Assembly (NCBI GenBank): GCA_013239625.1
Contig: MU053823.1
Span: forward strand, 565,565-629,564
Source of the DNA: Lama guanicoe
Taxonomy: Eukaryota
Direction: 5' to 3'
DNA: 64,000 nucleotides
In this document: piece after piece, positions 47,221-59,795 of the stretch
Layout: every line of letters starts with the position of its first letter
Position numbering within the stretch: position 1 is the first letter of the stretch
The notes under the pieces: model-generated
What the model saw: the letters and a program-made list of their open reading frames with translations, nothing else
What the model was told of the DNA's origin: nothing
Database searches by the model: none
Translations under genes and position numbers: made by a program

Positions 47221-47759
47221 CGGCATCCGAGCTACCATTAGGTTACGTTCCACAGTAGTGCACTAACAACAGGGCACTCTCCTTGTCTTTCTCCCCTAGG
47301 TTCTGGGACTTATAAAGATACAAAAGATACAGTTTCTCCTTTACGATCTCCTACCTTTTCACTTACTCAAATGCATTTAAAGGTCCTGTATGCCTTTTCA
47401 TGGCTTGGCAGCTCATTTCTTTTCAGTGTTGACTAATATTCGGTTGTCTGGATGGACCATATTTTATTTATTCATCTACTGAAGGACATCCTGGTTGTTT
47501 CCAAGTTTTGGCAGTTATGAATAAAGCTGTTTATGTATATAAACATGCAGCTTTTGTGCAGATGCGGGTTTTCAACTTATCTGGATAAATATCAAGGAGT
47601 GTGATTGCTGGATTCGAAACAAGTACTTTAATTTTTTTATTCATATGGCTTATTTATGCACAAATTTTAAGAAACTACCACTTATTAAGTTTTGGTGTAG
47701 TACTGAAGAAGAAAAACAGCTACAATTTCTAAAAGACTTACTATGCTCCTCCACTTTCT

Positions 47760-47925
47760 TTTTTTTTTTTAATTGAAGTATAGTCAGTTACAATGTGTCA
47801 ATTTCTGGTCTAGAGCATAATGTTTCAGTCATACATGTACGTACATATATTTGCTTTCATATTCGTTTTCATTAAAGGTTATTACAAGATATTGAATATA
47901 ATTCCCTGTGTTATACAGAAGAAAT
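47760..47925 (-). mobile_element. Relatively young L1 3' end with poly(A)
   Basis: T tract then aattgaagtatagtcagttacaatgtgtcaatttctgg..aagatattgaatata. Confidence 0.78.
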
Positions 47926-50204
47926 GTGAAACTAGTATTTTAAATGTCAATTTCTACACAAGTGCCAATAGGGAACACAGACTGCTGCTCAAAGGAAGCG
48001 AAGTTCCCTAAGTTTACTCCAGCAATGCTCTAAAACTATAAATGTCCTTCCTCCTCTGGTGACTAGTCGTCTGACTCTATCACCAGGATACCGGCCTGGC
48101 TTATTTACAGGAACACAGCCACTGAATACCGATAACAAAAGTACTCACACTGACTCACATCCACCCTTTGAAGAAACCCTAAGCAAGTGGCAGTCTGTTG
48201 ATGCGGCTGGAAGTAAAGCCGCCTTTCAGTACGATGTTTCATAATTAAAGGTCTCTGTTCTTTCAGCTGGGCCTTCCCTCACCTTGGTGAGCCCACCCCT
48301 CAGAAGAAACCCGTCAGGCTCTCTAGGAAGAAAAGGCCATTAAAGCTCTAAGGTGGGGTTTCTTCATAGGGGGTTCAAAGACGGACCAGGCAGATACACA
48401 AATCCCCTCAAAGTGAACGCAAGTATTGTATTTCAGGGTACTTTTCTGAGGGGGGAGGAGGACCATAAGTTCTTATCACAGACTCGAAAAAAGTGCAAGA
48501 CCAGAAAACAGTGGAAAGAGCCGCCAAACCTTGGGTGTGTAGGAGGGGGGAGGAGCAGAATCTGACCTCTCCGGGGTCATCGGATGAACTATGGAGTGGA
48601 GACTGCGGGCATTGTCTGCTTTCACAGCGGTGGTCCTCCCCCTCTTGGGGAAGGGCTGGGCTCTAATCCCCTCCTGGCAGAGGGGAGGTAAGAGTCCCAA
48701 GTCCTCTGGGAGTGCGGCAACAGTGCTCTTTACTGCTGAGATACTTTAGCAAAAGATACAACCAGTCCTCAGAACAGGGCACAGTTTGAAGAGACTAAAA
48801 ATCTTCGCCTTCACTGATCCAAGCGGTCACTGTAATATTTTCGCGTTGCCTTTAGAAACTCAAAGAGATGCGAAGGAGTGAGGGCAAAGCTCTCTAGAGC
48901 TAAACTGAGAATCTGTGTTCTCCTCATCAAAACTGTCCACTCCACATGCAGTCAACCAACCGTGCCCAGTGCCAGCCGTGGGCCACGCACTGTTCTAACC
49001 ACTGTGCTCCTAACCCTTCTATGTCTCCTGCATATCCTCATTTACAAGTGCCACGTGATCTTTCTGTGCCGTGAAAAATCAGCTTCTCTTCTCTAATTTA
49101 CACATCTTCCTTGCAGATGACAGAGGCCGTTAAGACTTACTGTTTTCAGCTTAAAATTGAATCGGGCAGTCACAGAAATATTTGGATGAGGCGGGCCCAG
49201 AAACCAAAGAATCTCTTCTAGTCTGTGTCTATCCTGTAGGTTAGCCCCGCCTGCCCCCGTTTTGGGGGGCGGGGGGAGGTTAGGAGGCTGCTGCGTAAGA
49301 GTGCAGACGTGCTTTGTAGAACGTCAGCCAAATCGCCAAGGCAACCAGTTCCATCACTCAAAGCTGACCAAAGTCTCCTGACCCTTTTTCTTTTGCTTCT
49401 CCCCTCCTCCTACGGAATTTATTTCGTGCTAATGCTACCCAGGGATGCAGGCAATAGCTTTGTCTCCCTCATTGTCCTGTTCTTCCTCATCCTCTGGTTC
49501 TTTTACTCCACTGGACATGAATCTGCACAATCTTATGGGTGTGTAAAACCCCAAGTGCTTCTTGCGTGCTGGGATGCAAATGTATTGAATGAATTTGTAC
49601 CTTTTTCAAAAATGTGTGCAACAAGTGTTGACTTTGATGCCCTGACCCTATAATCCTAGAACTGTTTTAAGTGTTTAAACGGAGGAGTGGGTTACTTTGA
49701 TTACAATCACAATTTAAATTCTTTAAATATTAGGTTCCAGGTGGACTTTTTAATCCAACTTAATTCCAATTACATGTAAATGGCTGTTTTAAGCTACTTG
49801 AAAATAAACAAGTTTATACATGTTTTTACACAATTAAGAGGAACAAGATAATCCATTAAATCTCACACCCTCGACAAGGGGCTCTTTAAAGGGTTTGGGT
49901 CTTAGCTTGATACGCTCTGGCCAGCTCCCTCTCAGTGCTATTAATAAGCAGAAACAGATCGCCACACTGACAGCAAGAGTGAAAAAGACAGACGGCCCGG
50001 AAGAAAATCAACTCATTTATTCATTGATATAGATCTGCTGTGCTGTCAGGCTCAGTTTTAGATACGGGGGGGGGGTGTACTCTGGTAAACAAAGGTGGTG
50101 GGAGCACTCCATTCCCTGCTTGCACAGAGCTTAAATCCAAGGGAGTTGGTGTTACACATACATTTTTTACTTTTTATTTATTTTTTTAAATTATTTTAAA
50201 GCAG

Positions 50205-50440
50205 GTGTAGCTAAAAGCATGGATTCTGGAGGCAGACATCCTGGGTTTAAGTCCTAACTCTGCCACTTACATTGTGTGATTTTGGGAAAGTCATTTAGCC
50301 TCACTGTGCTTCCTCATCTGTAAAATGAAGGTAGTAATAGTCTTTCTTACTTTGTAAGACTTGTTACGAGAATCAAATCAGTTAATATGAGTAAAGTACT
50401 TAGAATACTGACGGTATACATTGTGTCATACAAGTGTTTG
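50205..50440 (+). mobile_element. MIR SINE
   Basis: ggattctggaggcagac..ctgggtttaagtcct..ctctgccacttac..tgtgattttggg..ttcctcatctgtaaaatg. Confidence 0.8.
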
Positions 50441-51119
50441 TCAAATTAAAGAGAAAACAGGAAGCAAACATGTCTAATTCCACAGCTGAATACATACGAT
50501 CAGAGATAAAGAAGCCACTGCAGGCCGTGGATTAAAGTCTAGAGTCCCTTTTTTTTTGAGGACCTGAAGACTTTCCAAATCTCTCCACTTACTTGGGAGA
50601 AGCTCTGTAGCAGTGGTAACAGATTCATGATAACCTGAAGCTGTTTTTATGAAGGGCCAGGTTCTTATGTTACACCATTTGCAGTTCACAGCAATGGTTT
50701 AGATTTGGTGTTACCATCCTGGTTTGTCAGGAGAGCTCCGTGAGTAACTTGCTCTAAGCCCCACGGTTGGGGGCAGAGCTCGTCTGGCTGCACTGCACTG
50801 TGTACTTGTAGATTAAGAAACAGCCACTGCAGGTCCAGAACAATGTATCTAGGATAGACAGCGTCTCCCTATCCTCAGCCCCAGCCCTTTTCTTCTAGAA
50901 CTGGGGCTGTTCTTCCTCCCTTCTTAAGTAGCTGATCACAAACAGGAAGCAGGGCTGGGTGCAGTCAATCAAGGGGCTGATAACTTGGGGCTGTAGAGGA
51001 ACATCCTCCTAAGTGGAGGCTACCTGAGGCCAGCAGCTTGCTGCTTGTCACTGCTGTCTTTGTCAACAAGAGACACCAAAAAAAAAAAAAAAAAAGAAGA
51101 AGTTGTCTCTTTCAGGAAC

Positions 51120-51440
51120 AGTGGATTTGGAGAGCCCAATGCCTGCTTCTGTCCCATCCATAAACTAAGAATCATTTTTACATTTTTATATGGTTGGGGA
51201 AAAAAAATCAAGAACAGAACACTATTTCGTGGCTTGTAAAAATGATATAAGACTCAAATTTCAGTGTCCATCGGTAAAGTTTTACTGGTACCCAGACACG
51301 CTCGCTCATCTGTACATTGTCGATGGTGGCTTCTGTTCTACAACGGCGAGGGGAGTAGTTATGGACAGGACCTCCTGGCCGGCAAAGCCTAAGATATTGA
51401 ATATCTGAACCGGGTCAGTAAGGTTTGCCAACTCCTGAGT
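51120..51440. mobile_element. MER58B-like hAT-Charlie element
   Basis: ctaagaatcatttttacattttt..tcaaatttcagtgtccat..aaagttttactgg..aaggtttgccaactcctg. Confidence 0.7.
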
Positions 51441-52479
51441 TAGACAGTAGATGTAGCAGGTGGAATAAGGTCAGAAAATTGTGAAAATTCACAGTGTACG
51501 GTTCTGCTGGGCCTGAGAGAGGGGAAAGACTGGAATGGGGCAGCAAAGCAAGAGAAGAGGGTGATGAGGAAAAGAACAGAAGATGGATACATGTTGAGTA
51601 AAAAAATCTCTGAGGACTTCTTAGAGAATGCAGAAATGTGGGCCTACTGAGATGGAGATGTAAAAGGGCAGACTAGGCAACAGGAAATTATTCTCCAAAT
51701 TTCTCTCACTCCACATAATAGGAACTGGGAGAAACACTTACCAGTGTTGAGAGTGACCTCTCAGACTAGTTGCTGTTTCCCAGAGGGCTCATAGGGTCAC
51801 CTGTCCTTTTTACTTACCTAGGGGCACAGTATAGATATTGTAACACCTAAATCCCTAGGCGGCTACTTTGAACGCAGTGCTTCCCTCCAGATGTTTTTTT
51901 CTTCCAGTTTTATTGAGATATAATTGACACGCGGCACTGTGTAAGCTACATTAAGGTGTCCAGCACAATGATTTGACTTACATGCATCATGAAATGACTG
52001 TCACAGTAAGTTTGTGAACATCGATCATCTCAGATAGATACAAAATTAAACAGAAAAAATGTGGCTTGAAGGGGCACTACCAAGGACATAACTAAAACAT
52101 ACATAAGGCACAAATATAATGTCCTGATACATACATAAATCACCTTGTTAAAAAAAAATGTGGAGTTCGTTTGTTTTTAAACACCAGCAGAGGAATTTAT
52201 TTACATCTCAACAGAAGGGAAAATGAGATCGAGAGTTTTCCCCCCTTTGCTGATTTCCACTCGTTTCTCCTCTCAGGCACCTCCTCTGCCCGGCCGCGTG
52301 CAAAACCCCCATGTGCCTGCAACTTGCTTTTTCTGTATCTCCCTACTCAAGTTTATGCTCTTCTTTGACGCCTCCATTAACCAACTGCTCCTCCCCTCCC
52401 AATCTTGAAGCATCTTTCTCAGCGTTTTGCCTTGTCCAGAATCATCCCTTTTCCCCGTCCACCCCTTCCCCCAGGAGCT

Positions 52480-52990
52480 CTCTCCCTCTCCCGCGCACAC
52501 AAGCCGCCATCCAGTTTCCCAGCCCCCTTCCCCCTCACTTGCAGCCTACTCGTCTTTTTCTCCTAAACCCCTCCTCCCCCGCTTTCCACTGGCATCTCTC
52601 CCTCCTTGACCAAAACTGGCCCGACGTAGAGACCGAGAGCAGACACGTGAGGGGGGCCCGCGCGGGGCGGGGAGGCCGAGCCGCGCCGGGATTCCTGGCC
52701 GGGGGCGGGGACAGGATGCGCGCCGGGGGCACCGTGCCACCCCGCACGTCCGCGCGCTGGCGGGGCGGTGCTCTCCGCGCCCCGCCGCGCCGCCGCCGCC
52801 GCGCCCGCCCCCGGCCAGATGCGCGGAGGGGCCGGCGGGCGCGCCCGCTCCTGTGCGCCCGAGAGAGCTGTAATTTCCTGGAATCCGAGGCATCTCTAGG
52901 GAGATGCAAAAGTTATACAAGGGTTCTGCCTCGAGGGTAGACGGTTTCGTTCTAGGGACCTTAATCCCACGCGGCCCTTTGAGTGCCACT
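52480..52990. promoter_or_regulatory. Distal CpG island ~21 kb upstream of SLC2A3, with E-box/HRE cores and many GC boxes
   Basis: Very GC/CpG-rich 52620-52865; CACGTG 52644-52649, CACGTC 52745-52750; repeated GGGGCGGGG. Confidence 0.85.
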
Positions 52991-54337
52991 CAGCCGTGTC
53001 TGTCTGCATCCCCAATTCCCGCGCCCCTCCTGCCCTTGCCCCGACTAACGTGCCTGTTTAGCCTCTGGTCTGGTCTGGCCTGGTCGGTCTTGTTTTCTTT
53101 TCGGTTCTTTGCTCTCCCCAACTCCCTCCCCTCTTCTCCCCTCTGCTCTTGTCTGTGTATATCCCCATTTAACACTTCACGGGCCTGCGATCTTTACAAA
53201 ATCGCCTCCTTCGTATGTCCCTGCAGCGCTCTGATCCTGTTTTTTCAAGTCAGTTTTATTTACGTGCCAGGTGTTCAGGTCAATGATTTCTGAGAGATAC
53301 ACACCCACGCCACCACCGCCCTGCAGATTTGTCTCTGCGAAACTTCCCTCGGCACCCTGATTCCTGCTGCCCCTACTCTGTCCTCTTTGAAACACACCGT
53401 ATCTTTTAGTCTCATGCATTCAACCTTTTCCATATATTGGCAAGTATTTAAGTACCTTCTATGAAACAAACACTGATGTCACAGAAATTAACAAGAGCAA
53501 CTCAGTTTAAAAGGGAGGGCAGACTAAAGCCACTCATGCTTTCTGCTCGCCTTTCCCTTACATATTTCTGATAATCCCCCTTTTTAGACTCGCAGACAGC
53601 TTGGTCAGCTGACTAATCCTGCCTGAGAAATAACTGATTTTTTTTTTTAACTCAGTTTTCTTTTTTCCTAGGCTGACAGTGAATGAAACACACTAGCCCC
53701 ACAACAACTGCTGAGGAGAAAGCAGGGTGGGAAGGCACTAAAGTGGAGAGGATTTCCTGGAGGCCTGGCCGGGAGTCTTAATGAGAGTGGGAATTGTCAA
53801 AGGCACTGTTCCCCAAACAGAGTCCCAGAATGCAGCTGTAAAACTGCTGGAAGGCTCTCTGGGCAGGGGGGCAGGATGTGAGTCCTTGGAATAGACTCAT
53901 AAAAGAAAATCCCAGGACAGACCACTGATGAGACACATTTAGGTAAGATGGGAAAGTAGGCTACTGACCAGAGAGAAGAAAATTTGAAGACCGCCCCCCC
54001 ATAAAGGGTATGCTATATGAAAAATCTAAGAAAAAAAATCTAAGAAAAGTAGTCATAAGGGCACAAAAATGAAAAAAAAGGGAACAACAACAAAAAGGTT
54101 TGTTGCAACTCTGACGTAAGCCTAGCCTCTTCCTGAGCCAGTGACACAGGGCTTCCTCTTCCCTTTATTGTCACATGTTGCTCAAGTCTAGAAACCCAGA
54201 TACGTGACCACCAACCCTGAACAAGGTGGTGACTCCTAGACCCACATATTAGATGTTCAAATTACAAAACCGAGCCTCTTTAATTGTGCTGGGCTGTTAG
54301 AGTTGAAATATTTTGAGAAAAAAAATTTGTCTTCTGT

Positions 54338-54540
54338 GGGGAGGATATGGTTCAGGGCTAAAGCACGTGCTTAACATGCACTGGGTTCTGGGTTCAATCC
54401 CCCAGTACCTCCATTAAAAACTAAATAAATAAACCTAATTACCTCCCACTACCAATAAGTAAATAGATAAATACACAAGTAAATAAACCTAATTACCTCT
54501 CCCTTCAAAAAATCAATGAAATTAATAAAATTTAAAAAAA
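54338..54540 (+). mobile_element. tRNA-derived SINE, Vic-1-like, with duplicated tail module
   Basis: AAATAAACCTAATTACCTC occurs twice; TSD aatttgtc(t/c)tct. Confidence 0.82.
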
Positions 54541-54604
54541 AGAATTTGTCCTCTAGTGGTGCTAGAATTGAGGTAAGTTCTTTCTTCCTTTTACTTATGT
54601 CTTT

Positions 54605-55165
54605 TTTTTCCCCTCTTTATTGAAGTATCACATACATACAGTAAAGAACGCAAAAATGCATTTATGTTAAGTGTACAGCTGGGTAAATTCTGACATTTGT
54701 ATTCACATGTATAACCAGTACCCAGACTGAGATCTGGGTTCTAGAACACTTCTAGCTCCCCCGGAAGGTGTCCCTGTTCCTGTTCCAGCCTACAGCTGCC
54801 CTCCGCAGATGTAGCCACCACCCTGACTTCTGTCATCACCAGTGAATTCTGTTGTTCTAGATCTCTGTATAAATGGAAGCATATAGCGTGTACGCTTCTG
54901 TGCTAGGATTTTGGTTTTTTTTCACTCAACACAGTGTCTATGAGCGTTAGGCGGGATGTATGAAGCAGCTCATTCCTTATTACTGATGAGTAGGGTCCCA
55001 TTTATGGATATGCCAAAACTCATTTATCCATTCTCCTGTGAGGTACACATTCATGCTCCTCCATTATTGTCTTTAGTTTTAAGCTATTATAAAACATTCT
55101 TGTCATTTGCCATATGTAAGAATTCTTTTCTCTCAGGTATATACTTAGGAGTCAGATTGTTGTGT
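54605..55165 (-). mobile_element. Old L1 3' region
   Basis: tttattgaagtatcacatacatacagtaaa..ttaagtgtacagct..ataaatggaagcatatag.. Confidence 0.7.
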
Positions 55166-57928
55166 TGCTGTTTTTTAGCACTAAACAGTAAATTCTAAAT
55201 AAAAACAAGGGAGCCACATCTCTGTCTTAACATGTGTATGGTATTTTGATAAACATCTTTTATATACATGTTTCAGTTGATCTTCAAAGCATTTTTGTGA
55301 CGTAAGTAGAGGAGGTAATGCTATCTCTATTTTACAGGTAGAAACTGAAACAGGGAGAATTTAAATGCCCAATTTAAAGACATAAAATTAATAAGTTCGG
55401 AATTAGGACTAGAAACCACATTTTCTGTTTCCTAGTCAGATTCATTTCCCCTTTCTATTCCTCTTACTTTACTGGCCTTATGTGAACGGAGAGATCACCC
55501 ATATGTCCAGTTTGCCCTGGATGTCCCAGCTGAGCACTGGGACAACTTCGACTGCAGAACAAAAAGAAAGGAGTCTAATGGATACCATGGCTTGCAAATG
55601 GACAGAGAAAAACAAAACTTATCTGATTTAGCTCACCCCTCCATTTCCAAAGAAAAATATATTTGTTATCAAAGAGCAACGCAATGTCCACACATTTCCG
55701 GACTATGTATGTCAGCTGTCCTCTGACTCAGGAAGTCATCTGGACTACTGCGACTCAACTTGTGACTCCTGGGCCAACAGCACCAGCATCTCCAGGGAGC
55801 CTGTTAGAAATGTAAATTAATACAGCCCCCAGTCCCACATACACCCCCTCCTCTCCTCACCTAAGAATCCAAGGGGTGGAGTGCAGGAATTTGCGTTTAA
55901 CAAGCTCTCTGGGTTAGGGGTCCAAGGAAGCAATGGGAAAAGAGAGCTCAAGTTTGAGAAGTACTCATGGAGATAATTTCCTTTACAGATATATGGATAC
56001 CAGTCTGGTTTTAAAGTTACCTCTGGGCAGAATAATTCCATTACCTCAGAGAGTAAACTTTCCTTATGTAAACAAATCCCACTGTTGGTAAAAATCTTTC
56101 TTCCTTATGAAATCTCTTATCTAGTATTCTGGTCCTAAATGAGAGTGTACAATACCATTTCACAGGTGACTTTTTGTTGTCCTTTTCTGAGGACATTCCA
56201 AGTTTTCTTCATTATCACTTAAATTATGGTGTCCAGAAAGAATCCTAGTGAAAAACTATAGCACATCAAAAGAAAGACCTTGAGGTTCCAATGTGAGTAT
56301 TCACAAATCTTTAAGGAAATCTCTTTTCAGGGTACAATACATCAGAAAACATTCATGTATAAAAACCATACAGCTTAGAAATAGAAAGAGTACATAACCT
56401 GGATCACAGAAGAGGGAAGAAAATGATAGACTGGCATAAAGCAGAATGGACTTGCTCAATGCGTTTTGCTAGCGGGGGTTGGATTTGGGCCCCCAATATG
56501 TATGTGTTCCCCTAGGATTTTATGTAACTTGGCTGACATCCATCCACACGGTTTGTCTGTACTCTGTTCCAGGACTCAACCCAAAAGGTCGCCCTCCAAC
56601 TCCAATCCAGCTTCTCATTGTCCATCTAATTCTTGGCTCTCTCCTCCTCCTCTTTCCCCTCATTCTTCCCCAGAGAGGGGTTGCTATGGGGATGGAGTCA
56701 CAGTAAGCCGGCTGGTAAAGGAAAGCAGTGACAGAAGCCGAATGGGACAGAGTACAGAGAGAAAGTGAAAGACTGAGGCCAAAGGAAAAGACACAGACAC
56801 AGATGAGACTTGAGGCAGAACAGGAACGGCACCAGTGTTAAAACGCCATCAGCAACTTACAGAAATGGATGGAGACGTACTGCCCACAGTTAGAGGAACA
56901 AAGCAGAGACACGAAGGCAACAGGCTTAAGCACACCCAGGGCCCTGAACTATGTGCAGAGACACAGGAGGGAAAGACACAGTCAGGTGTTGAGCCAGATC
57001 ACGCAGGATTCTGGGGAAAACAGCGTGGACAGAAACTTGCTAAGAACAGAGCTCCAGGGAAGTGTTTTGTTTATTCTTCTGTGCCTCCCTGAGTCTTTCT
57101 GATTTCCAAGGAAGGGACCAGTAGGAGGTTATAAAGAGGATAACCTTACTTCTATTATTTTCCACTTCCTTTCCTCGCCTGTGGTTTTCTGACACGTAAG
57201 GAAAGGAACTTCCCAAAGACAAGCAAAAGCTAAGATCTTTCTCTCGGACACAAATAACCCTTTCGGTCTCTTGACTGTTCCTCTGTCCATCTCCTCAATA
57301 TTTGTATCTCAAATTTTCTACAATTCCTTCTCTTTCTTGCTCTTTTTTTTTCCTTTCCATCTCCCCAGATTATAAGCCACATCTTCATGCTCCTTTGTTA
57401 ATCCTGTTCTCTTTTTCAGTAGCTCCCTGCACCGAAAGTTACACTTGTCCCCACATCTTGGCCAGAAACTGCTCCTTCCAAATCCATTCTCTGTTTTCAC
57501 CTATTAGCTGCAGTCTTTGACCTCTCAATCTAATAAAAACAGTAAGAAACGACAGTTTTCTAAACCTGAGAAGATCTTAATGAGTTTTTTAAAAGACAAT
57601 GTTAAGAAAAATTCAAATAGACACATACATACATACTGAGAGCAATGCACAGCACTCTGCCCAACAATGCAGGGGCCCCGTGTCCGAATCTAGTGAGAGA
57701 GAAGGCAAGCTCAGGCTCTTGCTGCGGCGGTCTTTGAATACCAGACACGCGGCTCTGGTATAAGCCCTTAGGTGAAGAATGAAGCAAAATCTCATTGCAT
57801 TTGTTTTTCTTTTTGACAGCACCACCATGCCACTAGTACTCCAGAAACCCAGATGTGTCACTTTTATCTTATATGCTTTGCCACAACTAAAATATGCTCT
57901 CCTCATTCTGTGCTTTTTCTAATTTCCC

Positions 57929-58012
57929 CTTTTTGTTAATGGAGGTACTGGGGATCGAACTCAGGACGCCACGCGTGCTAGGCATGCGCTCTACCACTGA
58001 GCTGTACCCACC
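57929..58012 (-). mobile_element. tRNA-derived SINE, Vic-1-like
   Basis: ttaatggaggtactggggatcgaactcaggac..gctaggcatgcgctctaccactgagctgtaccc. Confidence 0.82.
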
Positions 58013-59577
58013 CGGCTAACCTCGCCTTTTGATTGCTTCCCTCCACCCCAACCCTGAACTCCAGGCCCCGCTGGTCATTTCATTATCCTATCCATTGTTT
58101 CAGCCAGAAGGCCTTCTGGGTAGAAACCAACTTGGTATGGTGGTAGAGAGCATTTTCTGCAAACAATCTTCTCTCACATCTATTTTTAGAACAAGACAAG
58201 GTTGAAAGTTAGAAGACCCAGGTAGCAGTTCAGACAATAGCACCAACTTGCTGTGCCGCACACTATGCTGCGCTACTAATTATCAGCTAGTTAAGCTGTT
58301 AAACGTGGGTCTCAGTTCTCTCATCCTAAAAGGTGGTCTCAGTTCTCTCATCCTAAAAGAAGGAGAAGGACCCCAGCTGATTTATTCTCTGCAATCTCCA
58401 ACACACCACCTATACAAATACTTGGTGATTCGTGCATGAAGAGCAATTACCCCAAGGAAGAAAAAAAAAAGTAAATATTTTGACTACTAATTAGGTATTC
58501 ACTTATTCTTCTTTCAGATACACTGTCAAAATTTCCAATGTTTAGACGCTTCCCTGGTTCATTTTTGTGCCTGGCACATATAGCCACATTCAATAGATAT
58601 TCGAGTGAATGAATGAGTCTCTAGCTCTAGAACATAAAGGTACTGGGGAAGGGTTATTTTTGCCACTTTTGCTAACAAAGTTGTAACTTTAAAAATTAAA
58701 AGCATGTGAAAAGAGCTACCTAGTTGTTGTTTCTGGGTATGGCTAGAGAAAGAGTTTATTTCTCCCTTTCACTTCAAAATCTCCATCAGTTTTGCCCCTT
58801 TCAGATACCAGCAGAACGAAGCTACTCACTCCTGCCTCATTACTTCCTCTTTGATCTTGACAGCTGCGGTCAACACCAAGAAATAAAACAGCCCCAGGAA
58901 GATTTGACGTGTTCCCACCATGGAGGACGTGCGGTAAAGAACGTTCTACCTCTAAGCACAGCCGGTGACAGCAGAGGGGCTCGCCGCAGCCTCCCTCACC
59001 AGTAACGAACCAGCCGCATCCCAGAATAGCCGCATGCCTCCCTGGGGCCCCCGGCAGATAAGGGGAGCAGCGCTCCTGGCTTAAGTTGTGTTGTATTTCT
59101 CTTGTATTAAGAAATGAAGAAGAAAAGCAGGGCTGTCCCTCTTCTCAAGAAACCTGACCTTTCACCTGGAAAGAATGAGCAAAATATGGGGAACAGAAAG
59201 GAAAGGCCAGAGTGGGGAATGAGATAAATGAGAGTGCGATTTTGCTTCTTAAAATGATTCTTTTATGAAAAGAATGTCCAGATTTGATCACTGAACATTG
59301 TGAAGTGTTCTAGAAAGGACAGAGACTGGGAGAGGTGACGGAAAATTGGAGCTATGAAAGCCTGTTCTTCGGTGAAGAGAGGTAGTGCTTCATTACTGTC
59401 TCGTTAAATTACAGAAAGATTATTAAGAGGTGGTTGGCCTGCAATAAAGGGACAGAGCAGTGATTAGGTGGAAGCAGAATTAATTCATTAAGTTTAACTC
59501 ATGTCCATTTTTTTCAAGAAGGTTTTACTAACCTTTTTCCAATAAGGTTAGTAAACTAGATCAGGGAAATGGCATAG

Positions 59578-59795
59578 TGCAGGGTTTCTAAATCTAGGTT
59601 CTGTTGACACTTGGGGCCAGATAACTGTCATTCAGGCTTGTCCTGTGCATTGTCGGATGTTAGGCAGCACTCCTGGGCCCTACTCACGAGATGCCAGCAG
59701 CATTCTCTGTGTCACAAGTCACCAAGTATGTCCGCAGAAATTGCTGGAATTGCCCCTGAGGAGTAAAACCACTGCTGGTTAAAACCAGTGCCCTA
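59578..59795. mobile_element. MER20-like hAT element
   Basis: cagggtttcta..tgttgacacttggggccagataa..tgtcctgtgcattgtcggatgtt..ctggttaaaaccagtg. Confidence 0.75.

Noticed and set aside
52311..53293. Several long overlapping ORFs (124-209 aa) on both strands
   Set aside because: Arg/Pro/Gly-rich products of stop-poor GC-rich island DNA, with no recognisable domain
58308..58359. 27-nt-period tandem duplication (a 19-nt one is at ~34244-34277)
   Set aside because: Simple slippage duplications, the first inside a MIR-like fragment; only two units, not an array
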